Shown: piece after piece, positions 8,462 through 17,225 of the stretch
How positions within the stretch are numbered: position 1 is the stretch's first letter
Layout: every line of letters starts with the position of its first letter
From: Telmatocola sphagniphila
GTDB lineage: Bacteria > Planctomycetota > Planctomycetia > Gemmatales > Gemmataceae
Length of the DNA: 32,000 nucleotides
Reading direction: 5' to 3'
NCBI RefSeq assembly: GCF_018398935.1
Contig: NZ_CP074694.1
Span: forward strand, 3,720,001 to 3,752,000
Notes under the pieces: generated by a model
The model's input: the letters and a program-made list of their open reading frames with translations, nothing else
The model's database searches: none
What the model was told of the DNA's origin: nothing
Translations under genes and position numbers: made by a program

Positions 8462-9940
8462 TTATTTCAAAGGTTCGTCGAAATCGACCTTGTACTTCAC
8501 CAGCATGCGATCCCGCAACGATTTCTTATCGTAATCGATCATCTTCCAAGCCTGCTTGCGATTTTCCTCGTCCTTCTGGATGAGAGCCCACTGCTTGGCT
8601 TCAATCTCGGGAATATTCGAGGAGATGTAGCCATTCCCCCAGAAGATGCTGCCACCGTAGTTGAAGTAGTACTTCTGCGATTGCAACTTGTCGAGCTCGA
8701 TGGGAGTGCCGCGCAGCGACTCCGCAATGGCCATAAACTTTCTTTCGGTCGCCTGACCGAAAGCCAGCACTTCCGGATCGACGTTCAGCACCGAAACCTG
8801 CGACATTTTGCGGGTATAAACTTCGTACCACTGGGCATGCTTGGCGGCTTCGGGTGGCTTGGGATTTAACTGGGTATTTCGCTTCAGTTCGGCAATGTAT
8901 TGATTGATCGTGCGGTAGTAGCGATGCGAAGCCCGGCCATCCGGCCCGGAAGGCATCACTTCGAGTGTGGTGATATTCGCCAGACTCGGGGAAACGATCG
9001 GTGTTCCCAAGATGGAAGTCATTTTCATCAGGTCGCTATCGCTGAATCCCAGGTCGAAAATCACCGAGTTATTTTCCACTCGCACTTTAGCGCCGGGCAT
9101 ATCTTCGAGGGTGGTGCCGTTCTGATCCATGATGTAGAGAAGGAAATTCTTCAGACTCGTCAGGTTGTTCGTCGCGTTGATTCGGGAATCGAGGTAAATC
9201 GTGGCCCGGGTGGTTTCCCCGAAAGTCACAGCAATTCGCACCCCTTTCAGCGCGGAAAGGAATCGCTGAGCCACTTCCATCGTCTTCAGATCCTCTGCGT
9301 AGATCTTCGAAGCTTCCAGGGCCCGGCGGAGGCCCATCGGGTTGATCATATCGTCCGTTTCCACGGCCATCATAATGTGTGCGGAACCGCTGTAGACTAC
9401 GGCGTTCTGCAGATACGGTGTGACCACGCTCTTAGTGTTGGCGCGGGCGAATTTCAGCCATTTGGAAACTACCTGTCGCTGCTTGGAGGCGACGTTGGCC
9501 AGCAATTCCGGGTGCAGGCTCACGTAGTAGCCGCTCTGGGGACCCACGGCCATTTTTTCGCCGCCGATTTCTTCCACCGTGCCGTGTAACTTCGCGGCCA
9601 GCCGGTCCAGGGAAACTTCCTTAGTGGTCGGGATTAAGCTGATCGACAGTTCGCTGACGTTATTGTGCGGATCGAATTGCGAACCGATAATCACGCGCTC
9701 GATGGACGGGTGAATGGGAATAGTCCCGGCCAGATATTCGAGCGATTCCTTCTGCCCCCACTTTTCGCGAACGCCCCGTGGAGACTTGATAATATCCGCT
9801 ACCTGGATCCGCAGAATCGCATTGGTAGTCTCCGGAAAGTAGTTCATCAGTTCGGAAAGCGGCGGCCCGGCCTGAGCGGACTGTGCCAGACCGAAAACAA
9901 CAAAACCCGCCCACAACAGGTGCAGAGATCGTCGGAGCAT
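8462..9940 (-). CDS. secreted protein of unknown function (492 aa)
   Basis: The ATG start is followed by a signal peptide, MLRRSLHLLWAGFVVFGLAQSAQA-GPP. Composition is protein-like and the opposite-strand ORFs are low-quality shadows. I recognise no domain. Confidence 0.75.
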   Translation of the reverse strand: MLRRSLHLLWAGFVVFGLAQSAQAGPPLSELMNYFPETTNAILRIQVADIIKSPRGVREKWGQKESLEYLAGTIPIHPSIERVIIGSQFDPHNNVSELSISLIPTTKEVSLDRLAAKLHGTVEEIGGEKMAVGPQSGYYVSLHPELLANVASKQRQVVSKWLKFARANTKSVVTPYLQNAVVYSGSAHIMMAVETDDMINPMGLRRALEASKIYAEDLKTMEVAQRFLSALKGVRIAVTFGETTRATIYLDSRINATNNLTSLKNFLLYIMDQNGTTLEDMPGAKVRVENNSVIFDLGFSDSDLMKMTSILGTPIVSPSLANITTLEVMPSGPDGRASHRYYRTINQYIAELKRNTQLNPKPPEAAKHAQWYEVYTRKMSQVSVLNVDPEVLAFGQATERKFMAIAESLRGTPIELDKLQSQKYYFNYGGSIFWGNGYISSNIPEIEAKQWALIQKDEENRKQAWKMIDYDKKSLRDRMLVKYKVDFDEPLK

Positions 9941-9983
9941 AGCTGAACCCCAAATTCAATGACAAATTGTCCCTAATGGGAAT

Positions 9984-10517
9984 TTAGGATTTTTCTATCA
10001 GAGAAATGGTTTTCACCACAGTATTTTCTGAAGGGAAAGTGTGTAAAGCCGTTATGGAAAGAATTCCCCGCCCGGCCTGAACCGACATGTAGCTGACCGG
10101 TGTCAGGAAAAGGCGATTTTGGGGATTGAACCGAAACAGAAGGCCGCTTTTGGAGCCATCGGAAATGATTTCCGACTGCACTTTCTCGAAATGGACCTCG
10201 GAAAGCGACTCGACCTGGGTGGTCGTGCAATAGCGAAATTCCGGGATCGGATGCAGGGTATCGTTACGCTCGCCCTGGAAGCGGTGCCCCATCAAATGGC
10301 CGTGCGAGGGCAAGGGCTGATTGCGGACGGAGGTGACTTCGGTCAGCCAGAAAAGCGGGTTACGAAAGGTCAAAACGTGGCCACTGGGTGTGAGACGTAC
10401 GGAAATCTGGTAATCGTCCTTCTGCACAGTGCGCAGCATGAACGTCTGAAACAGCTCCGGATGAACCGGCCGGCTGTACAGATGGAACTCCAGATCTCGG
10501 ACCCGAGGTCGCAGCAC
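9984..10517 (-). CDS. cytoplasmic protein of unknown function (177 aa)
   Basis: The GTG start is preceded by a strong RBS, AAGGAGGG (complement of 10529-10522). It lies 43 nt upstream of, and co-directional with, the 492-aa gene. The N-terminal 'EFHLYSRPVHPELF' faintly recalls DUF2617, but I cannot confirm that. Confidence 0.65.
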   Translation of the reverse strand: MLRPRVRDLEFHLYSRPVHPELFQTFMLRTVQKDDYQISVRLTPSGHVLTFRNPLFWLTEVTSVRNQPLPSHGHLMGHRFQGERNDTLHPIPEFRYCTTTQVESLSEVHFEKVQSEIISDGSKSGLLFRFNPQNRLFLTPVSYMSVQAGRGILSITALHTFPSENTVVKTISLIEKS

Positions 10518-10685
10518 ATTTCCCTCCTTGCGCGAATTATAGCTTGCTTTCCAAATTCCCTCAATGGCGACCGGTAACTGACCTACTTACCGTAAGAGAT
10601 TGAGCTTTTTCAAAGTTCAAAGGACCAATTGTTAAAATAAGGCTCGCGGCCGATCCTTGGATCCGCTAAGTTCAGCAGAGATACT

Positions 10686-11780
10686 TTGAATGCCTGGGGA
10701 ATATTGACGCCGAAAGCGACTTTTAACATGCCGAATAGTACCGCTCGACCGCCGCAGGGACCGTTTGCCGGCTCTCGCTGCGTGACCGGTCCCGGTCATC
10801 AGTGGGGCGAGGCGACGATCCGCCGCGTCAATGAAGATGGCACCTTTAAGGTGGAACTTGACATCAAGTCGATGCTGATCCTGAAATACTGGCAGGGCGT
10901 GACCCGCGAGGAAATCACTTTCGACGATGATCTTCACTGGCCGGCAATGTTCGCGAAGTTCAGTTCCAATCGGACCACCCTGACCAAAACGGATTTCGCC
11001 GCCGCGCTGGAACTGCTCGGCTACAAACTCGAACCGGAGGTCACGAATCAAATCTGGGACCAGCACTGCCACCACCTTTTTAAAGTGGACGGCGACGCCC
11101 TGAACACCCTCGCTCTGGATCCGCCTTCGAGCTATCGGTTGTTTCTGAACCTCGGTCTGCCTTTGAAAGTGATCCATCAGAAACTCAACTCGGAGCAACC
11201 GAAGGAGTACTTCAAGCTGTACTGGAACCAGACAAGAATGGCCGGTCGGAACCCCGCCGAGTTGCCGCGGGATGTGCGTCTAACGGATACGGTTCAGGCG
11301 CTTGGCTTGGAAGAATCGCAGGAGGATAAAAATACGACGGCTTTCCTCGAGGAATTTGAGAAAGAAAATTCCCTTTCGCTGCCGGAGAATTTCAAACGCA
11401 TCCTCGGTCGCACCGGGGCATCTACCGCAATTGACGCCTGTCATCCCAACAATCCTTCGCTGTTGAAATTGGTCAAGCGGGACTGGAGTCTGGAACGGGG
11501 CAAAAAAGCGGAAGGCCTTTTGGGCGATAACGCTTTACTGTTTATGGTGCCGCATCAGGGAGATCACGACTGGTGGCTGGTGTTCGATAATGGTCAGACG
11601 GACGGCACGGTCTACGTTCGCTGGTATTCGGACGACGGCCAGAAGTGGTTATTGACCGCGCCGAGTTTTGCCTTCTTCTTGTGGGATCTGGCGCAAACCG
11701 GTTTGGTCTGGTATCAGGATACTCAATACGAGGGGGGCAAACCGGTGCTGAAAACGGATATTGGTTTGGTGCCGAAGTGA
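10686..11780 (+). CDS. SMI1/KNR4 (SUKH-1) domain protein with about 200-aa N-terminal extension
   Basis: The C-terminal half fits the SUKH pattern: 'FLEEFEKENSLSLPENFKRIL', 'LLFMVPHQGDHDWWLVFD', 'TVYVRWY', 'APSFAFFLWDLA'. The start is uncertain (TTG 10686 or ATG 10728). Confidence 0.7.
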   Translation: MNAWGILTPKATFNMPNSTARPPQGPFAGSRCVTGPGHQWGEATIRRVNEDGTFKVELDIKSMLILKYWQGVTREEITFDDDLHWPAMFAKFSSNRTTLTKTDFAAALELLGYKLEPEVTNQIWDQHCHHLFKVDGDALNTLALDPPSSYRLFLNLGLPLKVIHQKLNSEQPKEYFKLYWNQTRMAGRNPAELPRDVRLTDTVQALGLEESQEDKNTTAFLEEFEKENSLSLPENFKRILGRTGASTAIDACHPNNPSLLKLVKRDWSLERGKKAEGLLGDNALLFMVPHQGDHDWWLVFDNGQTDGTVYVRWYSDDGQKWLLTAPSFAFFLWDLAQTGLVWYQDTQYEGGKPVLKTDIGLVPK

Positions 11781-11787
11781 GGGGGAG

Positions 11788-11826
11788 ATATGGAAAGGTT
11801 CCACCTCCTTTCCATATTTTCACTTT
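11788..11826 (+). terminator. intrinsic terminator after the SUKH gene
   Basis: Stem 11788-11798 ATATGGAAAGG pairs with 11807-11817 CCTTTCCATAT (11 bp, 8-nt loop), followed by TTTTCACTTTTCC. Confidence 0.7.
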
Positions 11827-11891
11827 TCCACAATTCTTTATTTAAATTTTCATCCACAACATGTTAATTAATTTGCTTCGCCAGATTAGTG

Positions 11892-11937
11892 TTGACAGGC
11901 ATTAGGCCTATCTACTATGTTATGCGTAGTAGCTACT
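11892..11937 (+). promoter_or_regulatory. candidate padR promoter with overlapping palindromic operator
   Basis: TTGACA (11892-11897), 18 nt, TATGTT (11916-11921). There is a perfect 10-bp palindrome AGTAGCTACT (11928-11937) and a third CTACT half-site at 11912-11916. Confidence 0.4.
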
Positions 11938-11951
11938 GGCACGGGTGAATA

Positions 11952-12278
11952 ATGAGCAGCTTTGAGACGCAATTACGAAAAGGTCTTGCGGAACTAGCGG
12001 TACTTGCCGTGCTAGCCAAAGAGGAACTCTACGGTTACGGGATTGTGGAAAAGCTGCGGGAACTAAACGGTTTGAATCTTTCGGAGAGCACTGTTTATCC
12101 AATACTTTCCCGACTTGCGCAGGAGAATCTGCTCGCCACGCGTACGGAAGCTTCTACGGCGGGGCCAACTCGGCGCTATTATCGACTCACGGAAGCAGGC
12201 TTCCGGAAATTACGCCTGCATTCCTCTTACTGGAAAAGTGTATCGAACTCCATTTCAACCTTATTAGAGGGGATTTAA
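11952..12278 (+). CDS. padR: PadR family transcriptional regulator
   Basis: 108 aa with the winged-helix PadR pattern 'LAVLAVLAKEELYGYGIVEKL...SESTVYPILSRLAQENLL...RRYYRLTEAG'. Confidence 0.9.
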   Translation: MSSFETQLRKGLAELAVLAVLAKEELYGYGIVEKLRELNGLNLSESTVYPILSRLAQENLLATRTEASTAGPTRRYYRLTEAGFRKLRLHSSYWKSVSNSISTLLEGI

Positions 12279-12289
12279 GGATGGCAACT

Positions 12290-14155
12290 CTAGCCCTTAA
12301 AACAGCGTAGTTTTTTGGGGAATTGTTTCGATTTATCGAAGAAAGCTCGAAATCCTTTTTGTTTTCTGCGGTTTGTGTAAGTAACCGCTTAACAAATCGA
12401 CAGTCGCAAAAAGGAGTTTCGAGTGAATGTTATTTTCGGACGTTGGTTTCAAAAATGCAAGAGTCGAATCGAACGTCGCCTGGCTAAGCGAGAGGCCGCG
12501 ATGACCTTCGCTCCTTCTTTCGACGCCTCCAACATTCATTACGAAGTCTCCGAACGCGTGGGGGCGATCAGTTGCGGAGGCCTCGGGGCCATGCACCTTC
12601 TGGCCCGGCGTATCGGACTGATCGACGACATCGACGAGAAGCTGCATCTGCTCCAATTTCAAAGGCCTTACTCGGAATCGGACCACGTGTTGGCCATCGC
12701 TTACAATTCCCTTTGCGGGGGTACCTGCCTGCAAGACATGGAACTGCGTCGCACGGACGAAAACTTTCTCAACGCCTTGGGCACTCAGCGTTTTCCCGAC
12801 CCGACTACTTCGGGCGACTTTTGTCGACGCTTCGATAGTGGCAGCATCCAGGCTTTGATCGACGCTTTCAACCAGACCCGTTTACGCGTCTGGTCGAAGC
12901 AACCCGATTCCTTTTGGGAATGCGCGAAGATCGACGCCGACGGCAGCTTTACCCAAACGCGTGGCGAGCGTAAAGCGGGGATGGACATCAACTATAACAG
13001 AGACTGGTGTTACCACCCCCTGGCGGTGACCCTGGCCAACACCGGTGAGACGCTGAGCATCGTCAACCGTCCCGGCAATCGCCCTTCGCACGAAGGGGCC
13101 GCGGTCGAACTCGACCGGGCTCTTTTGCTGTGCCTTCAAGCGGGCTTTCGCAGGATCGTCTTTCGCGGCGACACCGATTTCTCGCAGACCACTCGCCTCG
13201 ACGGCTGGGATGCCAACGCCAAGGTACGCTTTTATTTCGGCTACGATTCGAAGCAAAACCTCGAAGCAATCGCGGAAAAACTGCCGGAAGCGGCTTGGCA
13301 CAAGCTCGAGCTGTCCCGCGCAATACTCGGCGAAAGCGAAGTTGCGACACCGACGGGAAAACACCAAGGAGCGGATCGTCCAAGAGCGGGAATTCGTAAA
13401 TGTGAAGTTGATCTCCGAAGCGGTGGCCGAGTTCGAGTACCAACCGACCGCTTGCCGAAGCGGCGTATCGCCTGGTGGTGATTCGCAAGAATCTTTCCGT
13501 GGAAAAAGGCGAATCCGTTCTGTATCCGGACGAACGCTATTTCTTCTACATCACCAACGACCGGGAGTGCACGGCCGCCGAAGTCGTCTACGAAGCCAAC
13601 GATCGCTGCAATCAGGAAAATCTGATAGCGCAGCTCAAGGGCGGTTGCCGGGCCTTGCACGCGCCGCTGCACGATCTGGAAAGCAATTGGGCGTACATGG
13701 TGATGGCCTCCCTGGCCTGGAACTTGAAAGCCTGGTGGGCCTTGACGTTGCCGGAAACTCCTGGTCGCTGGCGGGAAAAGCATCGGGACCAGAAGCAGTC
13801 GGTTTTGAAAATGGAATTCAAAACCTTCCTCAATGCTTTCATGCTTCTGCCTTGTCAGATCGTCCGGAAGGCCGGCCGCATCGTCTATCGATTGCTCGGC
13901 TGGAACCCGCACTTGCCAATCTTCTTCCGACTACTGAAAGCACTGAGGTGCTGATCGTTCGACCGACTGAAGTCGGGATCCGGATGTCCCGATCCGATAA
14001 AACGCCGAGAGCTATTCGCGGAAAGGAAGAATGTTTGAAAAATAGAAGTATGCGTTCGGCCGAGCGAAAAGCTCCGGCGTGGGGGACTCATCGAACTATC
14101 TCGCTAAAACTCCCCACGGAATTGGCATCAAAAACTTCGCTTGTTTGAGGTCTAG
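12290..14155 (+). mobile_element. IS1380-family insertion sequence (decayed copy)
   Basis: Imperfect terminal inverted repeats: 12294-12315 CCCTTAAAACAGCGTAGTTTTT against the complement of 14130-14151, ACCTCAAACAAGCGAAGTTTTT (17/22). They are flanked by CTAG at 12290-12293 and 14152-14155, a possible 4-bp target duplication. The element encloses a DDE transposase. Confidence 0.75.
12423..13954 (+). pseudogene. IS1380-family transposase interrupted by two frameshifts
   Basis: The IS1380-like sequence ('ESDHVLAIAYNSLCGGTCLQDMELRR', 'PDPTTSGDFCRRF', 'YFFYITND', 'NDRCNQENLIAQLK', 'SNWAYMV') continues across three frames. Frame 0 runs to about 13310, frame 1 covers about 13315-13460 ('PAQYSAKAKLRHRRENTKERIVQEREFVNVKLISEAVAEFEYQPTAC'), and frame 2 runs from about 13466 ('YRLVVIRKNLSVEKG...'). 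Confidence 0.75.
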
Positions 14156-14184
14156 CGGAAAGCACGATTGTTTTAGAGGATTCT

Positions 14185-14799
14185 TTGCAATCGCTAATTA
14201 ACACCCGGCTCGACACAATTGATCGTCTGCTCCTGGGGCAGGTTTCTCGTGTGGATCGTGTTTCGATAGTGAAGGAAGTCGAGTCACAAATTTACGAATT
14301 GATCGCATTAAAGGATGCGGATTCGATTTCGCGAGAAGACGTCTTGGAAATTTTGGGCAAACTCGATCCACCCGAAGCGTATCTTCCGGAAGAGGGCTCG
14401 ACACCGGAAAGAGTGATTATCGCTCGGAAGAAATCATCGTCCGAGTCTATAGTCATCCCCATTGCCAAGAATCCTCCAAGAGAGCTTGGACGTCTGGGGG
14501 GAATCCTGGGATTAACTTCGCTGGGCATGCTTTTGCTAAGTTTCGGAGTGCTCATCTTAATCGCATTGAAAAATTACATTCAAGATCCGCAAAACTTTGC
14601 CTTTGCATTGGGGTTTTCGTTGATTATTCCTGTGGCCACATGTACATCAGGTCTGGTCGTTTCCATAATTGGCGTAAAGAGGAAATTTATGCCAATTGCA
14701 GGTATCATTGCCTCCACGATGACAATTAGCATAATCCTCGCGCTAATTGGCCTGATTTTATTTTTCATCTCTGACAAGCCTCTTTCCTATGCTGGTTAG
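14185..14799 (+). CDS. PadR-associated membrane protein (N-terminal helical DUF1700-like domain plus TM helices)
   Basis: The TTG start is preceded by GAGGA (14175-14179). The N-terminal region 'RVDRVSIVKEVESQIYELIALKDADSISREDVLEILGKLDPPEAY' resembles the helical domain found in PadR-neighbour proteins. The C-terminal half is hydrophobic, with 3-4 TM helices. Confidence 0.65.
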   Translation: MQSLINTRLDTIDRLLLGQVSRVDRVSIVKEVESQIYELIALKDADSISREDVLEILGKLDPPEAYLPEEGSTPERVIIARKKSSSESIVIPIAKNPPRELGRLGGILGLTSLGMLLLSFGVLILIALKNYIQDPQNFAFALGFSLIIPVATCTSGLVVSIIGVKRKFMPIAGIIASTMTISIILALIGLILFFISDKPLSYAG

Positions 14800-14943
14800 C
14801 CTTTGATGGGCGGCCTATAAAATTCCCTTCTGTTAACTCAATGAAATGCGTGAGCTCCATTTCTGCTCACGTTGCCCTATAATTACATTCTCACTGCTTA
14901 CAGTGATCAACTGATTCTCCCTCCCCGCCTCGAAGAGCCTTCC

Positions 14944-16317
14944 ATGAAAGCCAAGCCAATTTTCACACTCTTATTGATATTTTTGCTGCCGCCTTACGTG
15001 GCCGCCGACGATCCCGTCAAAAAGCCCGAGTCGAAAAAGACTCCCGAAGTCTTCGACCTGTGCCAACAGCAGACGCCAATCCGCAACCAGGGCGGCCGGG
15101 ATACCTGCCCCTACTTTCCACCGGTGGCCGCGCTCGAAGCGGCTTACAAGCGGGCGGGAATTGCGGTCAATTTGTCGGTCGAACATCTCATCTGGAATCG
15201 CAATGTGATGAGTAGTAGCGACAAAAATAGTCGTGATGTGGCCGAGGATCTCATCAGCACCCTCGGCGGAGGCGGCGGCATGGGAGTCCTGCAACAATAT
15301 GCCGTTTGCCGGGCCGAAGAGATGCCCTATCGAGGTTCGATTCAATACCCCAAAAATTCAGGACTGGAAAAGTACGATTGGTCCAAGCCGTTTAGCCAGA
15401 TGGCTCTCAATCTCTGGAATCTGGACCCGGCCAATCTCCCGGCGGCCGCCCGCACCGATGCCAAGTACGCCATCGAGAAGTTTGATAGCATTCCGGCTCA
15501 CGATTTAAGGAACTCGGCTAAGTTCGAGGAGATTCTCTATTCAGGTCACGAAATCGTATTCAGCATGAACATTCACGCCAACAGCAACGACCTGGCGGCC
15601 AAAGGGCAACCGGTCTGGAGGCTGAAGCCGAACACGCGGGGCGATTCAGTGAATCACTTCATGCTGATGGTGGGCTATGACCGCGCCCGCAAATTCTTCG
15701 TGGTCAAGAATCAGTGGGGGCCGACCAATTACACGGCCCAGCAAGGCAAGCTCGCCGAGGGCTGGAAGGATATCATCAAATACGACGGGTTTACACTGGT
15801 AGATTACAACTATCTGGCGACTTTTTCGGAAGCGCATTACATCACGGAAGTGGCCCCGGTTGGCAGTCGACGGTTTATTCCGCAACGGGCTATCGGACAA
15901 TGGGAAGTCACATTCAAAAAGGAGGGGAAGAAGGTCAATTCAGGAGTTCTTTGCTGGCGGCATCCTCCCATATCGGCTGAGGGAAAGCAAAAAGCCGATT
16001 TACGTCTTGGCGAACTCGTCCTGGCCAATGGGGAGCAGTACCGGGTCAACGGCAAACTCGACGGGGATGGCTCGAAGCCTTATCAGATCTCGCTTCATGT
16101 GGATTTTTCGAAGGGCACCCTGCCCCTCGATTCGACGGCGGGCGCGACCTGGAAAGGGACTCTCCATCTGCCTGATAATGGCAAGGCGACCATGCACCTG
16201 AAACCGCACGGCGGGGCAAAAGAGAAAGTAGGCGATGGGGATACGAACGAGCTGGAGATCGACGCCAAGCTGGTTCTGGATCAGAATTTATTGAGGGAGA
16301 TAGGCGAACATAAGTAG
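14944..16317 (+). CDS. secreted papain-like (C1 family) cysteine peptidase with about 150-aa C-terminal domain of unknown function
   Basis: Signal peptide MKAKPIFTLLLIFLLPPYVAA. The catalytic-triad context is 'RNQGGRDTCPYFPPVAALE' (Cys), 'SVNHFMLMVGYD' (His) and 'VVKNQWGP' (Asn). The track's upstream TTG 14872 would bury the signal peptide. Confidence 0.75.
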   Translation: MKAKPIFTLLLIFLLPPYVAADDPVKKPESKKTPEVFDLCQQQTPIRNQGGRDTCPYFPPVAALEAAYKRAGIAVNLSVEHLIWNRNVMSSSDKNSRDVAEDLISTLGGGGGMGVLQQYAVCRAEEMPYRGSIQYPKNSGLEKYDWSKPFSQMALNLWNLDPANLPAAARTDAKYAIEKFDSIPAHDLRNSAKFEEILYSGHEIVFSMNIHANSNDLAAKGQPVWRLKPNTRGDSVNHFMLMVGYDRARKFFVVKNQWGPTNYTAQQGKLAEGWKDIIKYDGFTLVDYNYLATFSEAHYITEVAPVGSRRFIPQRAIGQWEVTFKKEGKKVNSGVLCWRHPPISAEGKQKADLRLGELVLANGEQYRVNGKLDGDGSKPYQISLHVDFSKGTLPLDSTAGATWKGTLHLPDNGKATMHLKPHGGAKEKVGDGDTNELEIDAKLVLDQNLLREIGEHK

Positions 16318-16442
16318 AAAGGGAAGATTCGGTTCAGGGAAATAAATGAAATTTCCAAGGGGTGGAAAAATACTTTCATCCCTCCTTATCCCTTGATCAA
16401 TTTTTTGATACCGAATTTTACGTCTTAACACCTTAGGCAATT

Positions 16443-16940
16443 TCAGTTCGACTTCTCCAGGTCCGAATTGAGATCAACTTCACCCTCTTCCTGAAGTTCA
16501 GCTCCCTCGTAGTAATGATGAAACAGATAAACGACATCACCGGTCAACGCGATTCCCAAAAAAGCGATAAAGCATTGTACGAAATGGGAAAGGCTCATAT
16601 TCCCGTGACGGTAGGTACCGATCATCGCACTGGCCATAACCAGACCGAAACCTCGCGTAAACCATATGGGTAAAGTCGGAGTCGATCCAGATTTTGGGCC
16701 TCGATAAAGCCTCAACCAAACAAAAAGACTTATCCCAAAAAGAAGGGCCATGATACCCGTTGCAGCTAGAAGCCCTACCGTTTCGTTCTTATCCTTGTTG
16801 GTTATGGAGCCTACTAGAAACATAAGTGTCAAAAGAAAAAAGATGAACACAGTGAATCCCAGGGGACCAAGCAATATCCAGGGTCGCTGATAAGTCGGTT
16901 CATCAACGAACTCTAAAAGTGGATCTTCTTCCGGGATCAT
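16443..16940 (-). CDS. integral membrane protein of unknown function (165 aa, about 4 TM)
   Basis: ATG start, four hydrophobic segments and an acidic C-terminal tail. The gene is visibly A/T-richer than its surroundings. Confidence 0.6.
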   Translation of the reverse strand: MIPEEDPLLEFVDEPTYQRPWILLGPLGFTVFIFFLLTLMFLVGSITNKDKNETVGLLAATGIMALLFGISLFVWLRLYRGPKSGSTPTLPIWFTRGFGLVMASAMIGTYRHGNMSLSHFVQCFIAFLGIALTGDVVYLFHHYYEGAELQEEGEVDLNSDLEKSN

Positions 16941-17225
16941 GCTTGGGGTTCTCTGATAGTTGCAATTGCAAAAGCGGGCAATCCTCTAGTCTGATAAGAA
17001 TACCAAGTATTCTGTGGTAATGCCTACATTTTTAGGTTGTAGCCCATCTTCGTGTCTGAAGTTCGGAATCAGCTAATTCTCAAAAAAACATGAACTTAAC
17101 TCACGGGCAAGAGGCCAAACAATTTTCACAATCATGCTAGAAATTTTGTCACAGACTCCCTCTTACGCTTTAGGAATGGCTAGTGTTTCTCTAATCTGTG
17201 TACTCCACTAGTAGAGGTTCGGGCC

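Noticed and set aside
8429-9965. Plus-strand ORFs 8429..8869, 8900..9589 and 9665..9946, and alternative-frame minus-strand ORFs 8539..8727, 8601..8831 and 9660..9965
   Set aside because: They overlap the 492-aa signal-peptide gene, have no start context, and show skewed composition typical of shadow frames.
10119-11198. ORFs 10119..10577 (+) and 10632..11198 (-)
   Set aside because: They are antisense to the 177-aa gene, which has the strong AAGGAGGG RBS, and to the SUKH gene, which has a recognisable domain.
12333-14148. ORFs inside the IS other than the transposase frames (12333..12734, 12882..13367, 13063..13488, 13241..13912 on minus, and the 312-aa 13210..14148 on plus)
   Set aside because: Only short parts of frame 1 carry transposase-like sequence, and the rest of the 312-aa ORF is an Arg/Ser-rich out-of-frame read. 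The minus-strand ORFs are antisense shadows. I see no evidence for a passenger gene.
14872-14943. Upstream TTG start of the protease ORF
   Set aside because: It would place 24 residues in front of a textbook signal peptide, and the TTG codon overlaps the first two bases of the TATAAT box (14878-14883). ATG 14944 is preferred.
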